A stretch of DNA of 64,000 nt from Spirochaetota bacterium (GTDB lineage: Bacteria > Spirochaetota > UBA4802 > UBA5550). The stretch covers positions 1 to 64,000 of the forward strand of contig JBNKTL010000019.1 in assembly GCA_050298055.1 (NCBI GenBank), in the 5' to 3' direction. Numbering within the stretch: position 1 is the stretch's first letter; each line of letters opens with the position of its first letter. The notes beneath the pieces are model-generated. The model had not been told where the DNA came from and did no database searches. It was given only the letters and a program-made list of their open reading frames with translations. Shown piece by piece: positions 41,358 to 48,807 of this stretch. The translations under genes were made by a program, and so were the position numbers.

Positions 41358-42587
41358 ATGATGAAGATGAGAAACTCTATTATTGCTGCTGTATTGATTC
41401 TCTCCATGGGATTTGTTTCCTGCGGCGGCGGGAAAGCCGTAAAGAAAACAACACGTAAGGGACCGTCAAACAGGGGGACAGCGCAGGGTTACGCGACAAT
41501 TTTTGATAATGATAAATCACTTGCACGAGACAGGGCAACCGATGATGCCAAATCCAAGCTGGTAAGAAAGGTTCTTGGTGAGACAATAGAAGGACGAAGC
41601 ATAATGAAGGATTATGAGCTTGTTGCAAATATTGTTGAGGCAAAATCCGTAGGTCTTGTAAAGGATGTCAATCTCCTGGAATCGAAACAGCAGGGTAACG
41701 AGATGTTTGTTACTATTGAGGGGACGGTAGAGCCCGCCGCGGTCAACGATGCGATCCAGGCAGCACTGGAAAACTACGGGCGTCCCAAGTTTATGGTGCT
41801 GATAAATGAAACATTTGACGGCAAAAGGAACCTTCCCGGCTTCACAGAGACCGAGACCATCATGCAGGAAGTTATGGGAGATTCCGGTTTCGAGTTTGTT
41901 GATGCCGCAATGACGCAGCAGATGATGAAGAGAGAAAGGGCACGGATGCAGAACGCAATGGCAGGAAGGGTTAACGAGGATGTTCAACAGCTTCTTCTCA
42001 ATACTGCAGGGGCGGAAGTCCTTATTCTGGGAACTGCCGAAACACGGGACCAGTCGGGGGCCATCAGGGCATATGCCAAGAACATGAAATCAAAATCCGC
42101 AATTATCAGGATAAAGGCCCTTGACGTCTATACCGGTAGAATTCTTGCAACTATCAGCAGGAACGCCCCCGGTATCCATATTGAATCGGCAACAGCTTCC
42201 AAAAAGGCCATAGAGAACGCCCTGAAGAAAATTCTCGGCAAGAAGAACAGGGATACCGGCAAATTTGAAACGGGAAAGTTCATTAACTCAATCGTTGCTA
42301 AATTTGTAAAAGCAGCTTCTGCCAGGGAGATCAATGTACTGATCTCCGGTCTTGATTATAAGGGGCTTACAAAGTTCAGGAACAACGTATCACAGAGGAT
42401 AAGAGGAGTTTCCAAGGTTATCTCCAAGGGGCAGATTGGAACAGCAGCCAGGGTGATGATCTACTTTGCGGGAAAAACAAATGACTTTACCGATGAGCTC
42501 CTTGCCAAGGCCGGGAACATGGGATTTGAAATTAATATTAAGGAGATCTTTCCCAATAAGATCGTGATGACGGCAAAATTGCAGTAA
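41358..42587 (+). CDS. Lipoprotein, Leptospira LipL46-like (FlgT N-terminal-like domain)
   Basis: Lipobox FVSC. GYATIFDNDKSLARDRATDDAK..VRKVLGE, YGRPKFMVL and AEVLILG..ETRDQ recall LipL46. Confidence 0.65.
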   Translation: MMKMRNSIIAAVLILSMGFVSCGGGKAVKKTTRKGPSNRGTAQGYATIFDNDKSLARDRATDDAKSKLVRKVLGETIEGRSIMKDYELVANIVEAKSVGLVKDVNLLESKQQGNEMFVTIEGTVEPAAVNDAIQAALENYGRPKFMVLINETFDGKRNLPGFTETETIMQEVMGDSGFEFVDAAMTQQMMKRERARMQNAMAGRVNEDVQQLLLNTAGAEVLILGTAETRDQSGAIRAYAKNMKSKSAIIRIKALDVYTGRILATISRNAPGIHIESATASKKAIENALKKILGKKNRDTGKFETGKFINSIVAKFVKAASAREINVLISGLDYKGLTKFRNNVSQRIRGVSKVISKGQIGTAARVMIYFAGKTNDFTDELLAKAGNMGFEINIKEIFPNKIVMTAKLQ

Positions 42588-42683
42588 ACACAATCAGTAC
42601 CCGGTGAATATATTCCTTCTCCTCAGCCGAAGGCGGCGGAAAGGATATTGATTTCGTCATCATTAACTGATTAATAAAAAAAT

Positions 42684-42722
42684 AAAGGGCTGTTCAATTG
42701 AAAAAAGAACAGCCCTTTTTTT
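42684..42722. terminator. Bidirectional intrinsic terminator
   Basis: aaagggctgttc-N11-gaacagcccttt flanked by A and T tracts, between convergent genes. Confidence 0.8.
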
Positions 42723-43841
42723 CTAAACATAGTTCCTGAGAAGAGCACTCATTGCTTCATCAAATGAGTTATAACTCTCCTTTAAACTGTTTTTTATCCT
42801 CTCAATCTCAGGATCGGGTTTAAAATCGGAAAGAAACCTCACCCGGCCCGTTCTTCTTGCTGTGATAAATGACTCACGGGAATCTTCGTCCATTTCAAGG
42901 AAACGATCGATGGTATCAAGGATCTTCTGTTTATCATGGGGGAATTTCCCCTCTACATCCTCAATAAGGTTCATGATATGGTCACTGTGAAGTTCTGACT
43001 CGATCCCCTCCAGGCTTTGAATAAAGAGCCTGATCTCTTTCACTTTTTCGATCTCCGACAAAGGATTCCATTTTCCCTCATCCATAAGCACATGCAGAGG
43101 TGTACCCGGGATGGGGACGGTACTCCTGAGCCTGATAAAATCGGGGTTTATCATGTTTATGACCCTGGCTGATTCACGGGCATTCTCCCCGGAATAATCT
43201 GCTCCCCCTGATCCCGGCATAAAATACTCAGAGAGTTCAAAACCGGCACTCCTTGCTTTGATCCCCGCATCGACCTGTTCCGCGGAAGTTACGCCTTTAT
43301 CAATTAACTTGAGCACGGAATCCGATCCCGATTCCATACCAACATGGATCCTGTTCAGTCCCGCATTACGAAGGAGCTTCAGTTCATCCAGGGATTTCCG
43401 GCTCACTGTCCGTGACCGTGCATAGGTTGTGATTCTCTCCACAGAGGGAAGTTTTTCCCTCAGATGATCCAGTACTCTGACAATATCATCTGTTTTCAGC
43501 ACAAGGGAGTCGGCATCCTGGAGAAATACACTTTTCATTCCCCAGCTGTACCAGTACATGACCATTCGAATAAGTGCATCCTCAACTCCCTCTATCCGGA
43601 TATCTCGGAAGAGAACCTGTTCTCCTGCTTCTCTCTCCTGCTGGAGTATCCTTTCTTTGATGAAAGAGATAGAATCGATATCTGAAATAACATCTTCAAC
43701 AGGTCTCCGTGAGAACTTCCTGCGTTTGTAAACCGGGCAGAAGGCGCATTTGTTCCAGGGACAGTTTCTTGTGAGCCGGATAAGAATTGACGCCGCCTCA
43801 CTGGGGGGCCTGATAGGTCCCATTTCAAAATTACAGTTCAT
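42723..43841 (-). CDS. Radical SAM protein of unknown function
   Basis: GPIRPPSEA, CPWNKCAFC, FLQDAD, GMESGSD, PIPGT. Confidence 0.9.
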   Translation of the reverse strand: MNCNFEMGPIRPPSEAASILIRLTRNCPWNKCAFCPVYKRRKFSRRPVEDVISDIDSISFIKERILQQEREAGEQVLFRDIRIEGVEDALIRMVMYWYSWGMKSVFLQDADSLVLKTDDIVRVLDHLREKLPSVERITTYARSRTVSRKSLDELKLLRNAGLNRIHVGMESGSDSVLKLIDKGVTSAEQVDAGIKARSAGFELSEYFMPGSGGADYSGENARESARVINMINPDFIRLRSTVPIPGTPLHVLMDEGKWNPLSEIEKVKEIRLFIQSLEGIESELHSDHIMNLIEDVEGKFPHDKQKILDTIDRFLEMDEDSRESFITARRTGRVRFLSDFKPDPEIERIKNSLKESYNSFDEAMSALLRNYV

Positions 43842-44082
43842 TATATTTTTTGTTAAACCTCTTTAACAATTATATTCTCTCTCTAACCGCTTCCCGGTGA
43901 ATACCTCAGCCGAAAGCGGGGAAAACTACAGTTTTTTGTATTAATGACCGGAAACTCATTAACTCATTATCATTAATAAGAATAAATCAATTCCGGATGT
44001 TACCTGTCAATCAAGATTACAAAAGAGTCAAAAATGATATTTTATAGTTGATAATATTCTGCTGTATCTGGTAATCTGAGTT

Positions 44083-44454
44083 ATGAAAAAGATCATAATG
44101 TTATTACCCATCCTTATCTTCCTCTCCGCAACTCTGCTTTCCTCTTCTTCTTACGCGATGAGTGAAAATGATAAGATCCTGCACCTTTTGAAAGAGATTG
44201 AAGTTTCAGGTTATACCTTTATCAGGAACGGCAATGAATATCCCTCACGGAAGGCCAGGGAGCACCTTGAATTTAAACTGAAGAGAGCCGGGAAGATTAA
44301 AACAGCGGGTGATTTTATCAGAAAAATTGCGTCCCGGTCTTCATTTTCAGGTAAACCCTATTATATCAGGATGAAATCCGGCAGGATAATAAAAACAGAA
44401 GAGTGGCTCAAAGCAAAACTGAATGAACTGGAAAAACGCCAGAATTCGAAATAA
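44083..44454 (+). CDS. Exported DUF5329/YfeK-family protein
   Basis: Signal peptide; FIRNG..A..HL..K, FIRKIASRSSFSGKPY. Confidence 0.8.
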   Translation: MKKIIMLLPILIFLSATLLSSSSYAMSENDKILHLLKEIEVSGYTFIRNGNEYPSRKAREHLEFKLKRAGKIKTAGDFIRKIASRSSFSGKPYYIRMKSGRIIKTEEWLKAKLNELEKRQNSK

Positions 44455-44507
44455 CGGGAATGCCCATAGTTGTTATTAATCAGTAATTCACTGTAAAAAG
44501 TTAACAA

Positions 44508-44813
44508 TTAACAACAGGAGACTGAACCGGAATCATCCCCGCAACCGCAGGTTGGTTCGGTGCCCTTGATCATGCCCGTTAAAATACCGGCAGCACATCC
44601 CACACCCGATTGAACACTTATTGCTCCCTCCCGGCAGTTGAGAGCGCAGGCGCCGCATTCCATACAGAGGTCCCGGTTGACCAGTTCCGCCTTATTCCCC
44701 TTCATTCTGAAAACCTCATGGGGACAGACCTGTGTACAGAGAGTACATCCCGTGCATCTTTCACTGTCATACTTTAACGTGGTAACATTTTTTAAATAGG
44801 TTAATCCAAACAT
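44508..44813 (-). CDS. hgcB: Mercury methylation ferredoxin
   Basis: CTGCTLCTQVCP, the diagnostic CMECGACALNC, GVGCAA, and a C-terminal CGC..CC; directly downstream of hgcA. Confidence 0.96.
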   Translation of the reverse strand: MFGLTYLKNVTTLKYDSERCTGCTLCTQVCPHEVFRMKGNKAELVNRDLCMECGACALNCREGAISVQSGVGCAAGILTGMIKGTEPTCGCGDDSGSVSCC

Positions 44814-44846
44814 ACGCTCTCCCCAAATAAAAACTCACACAATCTT

Positions 44847-46010
44847 TTAAAGAAACCTGCTGATAATAAACAATACCAGCCCTGCCGATGCCGCAACTGC
44901 CTGTACCGGAACAGCAATCTTCAACTCCTTCATAACTCCGGAGAGTGAAGTAAATGTTGTTGATCCCGTAAAATTCATGGCAAAAAACGAAGTTATTGAA
45001 AGAGTAAGCAGCAGCAGGGACACGAGCTCTACATATCCCCCGCCGTTAAAACCGGGTAAGAAGAAATAGAGCATGCAATAAAGAAAAATGCCGGAAATAA
45101 GACCTTTAAAAGAAAAGGCCCTTCCCGGAATAAAGGGAATCAAAAGTGGTGTTATGACTGTTCCCGCAAGAAATGCCAGGATGAGGACAAGTAACGGATG
45201 GGCACCCCGGCTGATAATATTATCAAGGGAAAAACCCCTGCTGCTTATTCCGGAAAGTAAAAGAAAAACAGCAATTGCCATAAAGAGATATTTAAGGGCC
45301 AAAGAAAATTCAACCGGTGTCAAAATCAGCCTGCTGATAAATCCGAAACGGACTCTCCTCATCTCTCTGTCTGCCTTCATTCCCGCATCAAGAAACCTCT
45401 TGATGTCCGCAGCCCTCACCGGACCGTAAACAGGCTTAAAGCCGGTCTCCCGTGCCACAATATGCGCTGCCACACCGGGAGCGCCAAGCTGGGGGAGGAT
45501 AACCCTTCTGTGACTGACAACTTTCCCAAGAGAAGCAATTTTTATCCTTTTAATCATTTCATCCGTACCGAAAGTCCCTTTTCCTGCAGCGCACCATACA
45601 TTGATCCCCTTTGTATCCAGGACCAGTATCCAGGCATTAATTCCGGATAAATGACTTCTCAGGTGATCAAAACTCAGCTTGTAATTAGCTGAAACAAGTA
45701 CCGGTGAGTTTTTATCAGGATCTCCCGCGGCATAAAGACCCGGTGCTATCATATAGTTGTCTCTGCCAATATTGAGCCTTACCTTTACGGTCCCTGCCCG
45801 GTCCCGGGCAGAGAGCTGAGTATTAACTTTCGGTATCCTCCCTGCGGCTGTTTCCACATAACCCTTTACATCAAGATCCCGGTATGAAGTTTTCTGTTTC
45901 GACTTCCCATCCGGTCCGCAACAGGAACTTTTTGTGATAACCGGCAGCGGCTGTGAGCTATTTTTAATGGTTGGCTTCTTTTCCGATATATTCGGTCCTG
46001 TTGCTTTCAT
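44847..46010 (-). CDS. hgcA: Mercury methylation corrinoid protein
   Basis: PGLYA.G, SANYKLSFD, cap helix GINVWCAAGKGTFG, LPQLGAPG, GPVRA, five C-terminal TM segments with MNFTGSTTFTS. Confidence 0.97.
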   Translation of the reverse strand: MKATGPNISEKKPTIKNSSQPLPVITKSSCCGPDGKSKQKTSYRDLDVKGYVETAAGRIPKVNTQLSARDRAGTVKVRLNIGRDNYMIAPGLYAAGDPDKNSPVLVSANYKLSFDHLRSHLSGINAWILVLDTKGINVWCAAGKGTFGTDEMIKRIKIASLGKVVSHRRVILPQLGAPGVAAHIVARETGFKPVYGPVRAADIKRFLDAGMKADREMRRVRFGFISRLILTPVEFSLALKYLFMAIAVFLLLSGISSRGFSLDNIISRGAHPLLVLILAFLAGTVITPLLIPFIPGRAFSFKGLISGIFLYCMLYFFLPGFNGGGYVELVSLLLLTLSITSFFAMNFTGSTTFTSLSGVMKELKIAVPVQAVAASAGLVLFIISRFL

Positions 46011-46017
46011 GCTTTGA

Positions 46018-46485
46018 TTATTCTCCTTTTTGCAGAGGATTACAGCATCCCAAAACAGGTTTACTCACTGCAGTGTCCAGAAGCTTTAAAGAGTTAATAA
46101 CATCTTCCCTTTTTCCCACAGGGATGTTTCCCAGGATTTCTCCTGTATATTCCAGAGAACAGCTGTGAAGTTTCTTCTGAAGATTTAAACCCTTTTTCGA
46201 TAATACGAGAAAAACCTTTCTTCTGTCATTTTCACTGCGGTTTCTTTTGACGATTCCATCCCTGACAAGAAGGTCAACCACTCTTGTTAACGTGCTGGTT
46301 GCCAGTCCCGTTTCGTCGCTGAGACGGTTCATGGATATCTCTTCATTCTCATGAATGATTTCAATTATCTGGCACTGTGATACCGTCACACCATGGCAGA
46401 TCTTTTCGTTCCTGTCTATCCTGTTTACCTTTCTTAAAAGATTTTTCAGGATCAGTGTAAATTCTCTGTTCTCGTTATTATCCAT
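46018..46485 (-). CDS. Cys-rich MarR-family regulator
   Basis: wHTH STLTRVVDLL..DRRKVFLVLSKKG. Cys at ICH, SQC, HSC and terminal GCC. Ends 7 nt before hgcA. Confidence 0.9.
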   Translation of the reverse strand: MDNNENREFTLILKNLLRKVNRIDRNEKICHGVTVSQCQIIEIIHENEEISMNRLSDETGLATSTLTRVVDLLVRDGIVKRNRSENDRRKVFLVLSKKGLNLQKKLHSCSLEYTGEILGNIPVGKREDVINSLKLLDTAVSKPVLGCCNPLQKGE

Positions 46486-46493
46486 TTTAATAA

Positions 46494-46533
46494 TTGTATA
46501 CTACAAATATATTATAATACAAGTAAATGTCAA
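46494..46533 (-). promoter_or_regulatory. Candidate promoter and palindromic operator of marR-hgcAB
   Basis: Minus strand TTGACA (46533-46528)-16 nt-TATATT, overlapped by TTGTA-N3-TACAA (46506-46494). Confidence 0.55.
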
Positions 46534-46719
46534 GGAAAAAATTTAAAAACCGGTTATTGGAATTAGATTGAATAAATAGCTGAGCAGCTGTTATGATGGT
46601 AAAATTTCACCCCCACGGGGCCTAATTTTTTCTTGTGAAAAATATAATTATCAATTACACTTACCTGTGCTCAGCAACGGAGAGAAAAATTTTACATAAC
46701 TCAAAAAACGGAGATACGG

Positions 46720-47109
46720 ATGGAAACAATCAACGTTAAATCAGTAAGCAGCGAAGAACTCATTGAGATAACAGGGGAAGTGAGCAGGATAGTAAAAAAC
46801 AGCGGGAAAAAAGAGGGGATCTGCATCATCTATACTCCCCATACAACCGCAGCCATCACCATAAATGAAAATGCAGACAGGACCGTAAAGAGTGATATTT
46901 TGAAAGGACTGAAACATCTCGATTTTGAAAGAGTCAGGTTTGATCACGGAGAAGGCAATTCTCCCTCACATCTCAAATCATCAATCATCGGCTGTTCCGA
47001 AACATTAATGATAAACAGAGGTTCTCTTGAACTGGGGACCTGGCAGGGGATCTTCTTCTGCGAATTTGACGGTCCCCGGTCAAGGAAAGTCCATATAAAA
47101 GTTCTATAA
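46720..47109 (+). CDS. yjbQ: YjbQ/UPF0047 family protein
   Basis: PHTTAAITINEN, HGEGNSPSHLK, LGTWQGIFFCEFDGPR. Confidence 0.93.
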   Translation: METINVKSVSSEELIEITGEVSRIVKNSGKKEGICIIYTPHTTAAITINENADRTVKSDILKGLKHLDFERVRFDHGEGNSPSHLKSSIIGCSETLMINRGSLELGTWQGIFFCEFDGPRSRKVHIKVL

Positions 47110-47125
47110 GGAAAAAAGGAGGCCT

Positions 47126-47581
47126 ATGATGAAGTTATCCAGTTCCGCATTTCAGGCAGGTGAAATGATACCTGCAGTCTACACGTGCGACAGTGATAAT
47201 ATATCACCGCCGCTCTCATGGAACGATGTACCGGACAAGACGGCAAGCTTTGCCCTCATTAACGATGATCCCGACGCGCCCCGGGGATGGGTCCACTGGG
47301 TCATATACAATATTCCCGCGGCTTCAACCGGTCTGGAAAAAGGAGTAAAAACTTCCGGCGTCCTTCCCGACGGCTCCGTCCAGGGAAGGAACGACTTCAG
47401 AAAAACCGGTTACGGGGGACCCTGCCCTCCCGGTGGAACTCACAGGTATTACTTCAGGCTCTATGCCCTTGATACCCTCCTTGAAAAAACAGAGGGAATG
47501 ACAAAAACCGAACTACTGGGAAAAATGAAAGGCCACATCCTCGCGGAAGCCGAACTCATGGGAAGATACAGCAGATCTTAG
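47126..47581 (+). CDS. YbhB/YbcL (PEBP/Raf kinase inhibitor-like) protein
   Basis: SPPLSW, DPDAP..WVHW, GYGGPCPP..HRYYFRLYALD. Confidence 0.93.
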   Translation: MMKLSSSAFQAGEMIPAVYTCDSDNISPPLSWNDVPDKTASFALINDDPDAPRGWVHWVIYNIPAASTGLEKGVKTSGVLPDGSVQGRNDFRKTGYGGPCPPGGTHRYYFRLYALDTLLEKTEGMTKTELLGKMKGHILAEAELMGRYSRS

Positions 47582-48696
47582 CCTGGAAGGGAAACCATCT
47601 CCTGAAAAAGATCATCGTACACGGAACAGATGTTCCCCCAGTCAAATCTGCCCACCTCTGATCTGAGCTGATCGGTGCATATTGCGGGAAAGTCATCCAT
47701 CATCTCTTTGAGCTTCACAACAAGCTCTTCTCTCTCCCGGTAAAAAAACCTCTTAAATTCATCACCGGGGAAGAGCTCGGGATAGGTAAGCCTGACCGGG
47801 AGAAGAGGCACTGTTCTGCAGTACACCGCTTCGGCAATGCTGATACCAAAAAAGTCCTGGTTTGATGTTACAGGAAGAATATCCGCCATCCAGAGCCACC
47901 GGGCATACTCTTTAAAACTTTCCACATACCCGTACTTCACTATTCTGTCACCATACCTTGCCCTGGCTTTCTCAAATTCAGAAGGAGATTTCCTGAAATT
48001 TTCACCCAGAATCGCAAGGCTGAAACCGATCCCCTCCCTGTCTATCTCTTCCAGGACCCCGAAGAACTCACTGGGATTCTTGTCATACTCCCACCTGTGG
48101 TTCCAGAGGATAAGGGGGAGATCACTCTTTCCCCTTTCCGGGATGCTGATACTGTCATACCTGTCAAGGGGCAGGCCCAGATGAAGGACCCTGCTCTTTT
48201 CACGAATGAACTCCACTTTATCAAGCTCATTGAAGTCGGGAAACTGTTTCAGGAAACCGGGGAGGGCATCCAGGAAGCTGTTTCTGTGAAATTCCGAGTT
48301 AAAAAGTACGTGGTCCGCGGCAAGTGCCGATGAAAAATTGATAAAACCGTAATGGCTGTCCCTGCTGTTTATAATATCCCTGTCAGCAGGTGACCAGGGA
48401 TACGTGACCTGATTTTCATGAAAATAGAGGACCACGGGGATATTACGGCACTCCCTCCTGGTAAGTGAAAGGAAGACAGTGAGATCAAGCATATCCGAAG
48501 CGACAATAAGATCGGGCCTTGGGGAAAGTTCTCTGTACATCTGTGCAAGAGTAACGGCGCCCCCATGCATTCTCCACTTCCAGTATCTTCCGGGCAGGCC
48601 CAATACAGTCACTTCATGCCTGCTCTTTTCCCGTATCCCCTCAATCCATAATTTATGGGACCCGGTATAAAAGGGTTCGACAAAGAGGATCTTCAT
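47578..48696 (-). CDS. DUF3524 / GTDC1 (tRNA-queuosine mannosyltransferase)-like GT-B glycosyltransferase
   Basis: EPFYTGSH, LPGRYWKWRM, YFHENQ.TYP, FNS.FH, WNHRWEYDKNP, FFGIS. Confidence 0.85.
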   Translation of the reverse strand: MKILFVEPFYTGSHKLWIEGIREKSRHEVTVLGLPGRYWKWRMHGGAVTLAQMYRELSPRPDLIVASDMLDLTVFLSLTRRECRNIPVVLYFHENQVTYPWSPADRDIINSRDSHYGFINFSSALAADHVLFNSEFHRNSFLDALPGFLKQFPDFNELDKVEFIREKSRVLHLGLPLDRYDSISIPERGKSDLPLILWNHRWEYDKNPSEFFGVLEEIDREGIGFSLAILGENFRKSPSEFEKARARYGDRIVKYGYVESFKEYARWLWMADILPVTSNQDFFGISIAEAVYCRTVPLLPVRLTYPELFPGDEFKRFFYREREELVVKLKEMMDDFPAICTDQLRSEVGRFDWGNICSVYDDLFQEMVSLPG

Positions 48697-48807
48697 TTTT
48701 CAGTTTAACAAATGAAAGCACTTTGTATATTATTTTGTTGACACATGGTAATTCAATAACATATATTAATCACCTCTGAGTAAAGTGAAAAAATCGAAAA
48801 AGAGGAC

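Noticed and set aside
42723..44454. Radical SAM and DUF5329 genes as part of the hgc operon
   Set aside because: The DUF5329 gene is convergent with hgcB and separates the radical SAM gene from it; nothing beyond proximity links them.
45900..45935. Selenocysteine in the HgcA N-terminus
   Set aside because: The codons are TGT TGC; there is no in-frame TGA.
44847..46010. CO dehydrogenase/acetyl-CoA synthase corrinoid subunit (CdhE/AcsC)
   Set aside because: The cap-helix Cys motif, TM domain and adjacent hgcB identify it as HgcA.
46575..46680. Inverted pair gctgagca/tgctcagc about 80 nt apart
   Set aside because: Only 8 bp with no supporting structure; compatible with chance.
43860..46700. 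Cobalamin or SAM riboswitch near hgcAB or the radical SAM gene
   Set aside because: No recognisable B12-box or SAM consensus by eye; an Rfam scan would be needed to exclude it.
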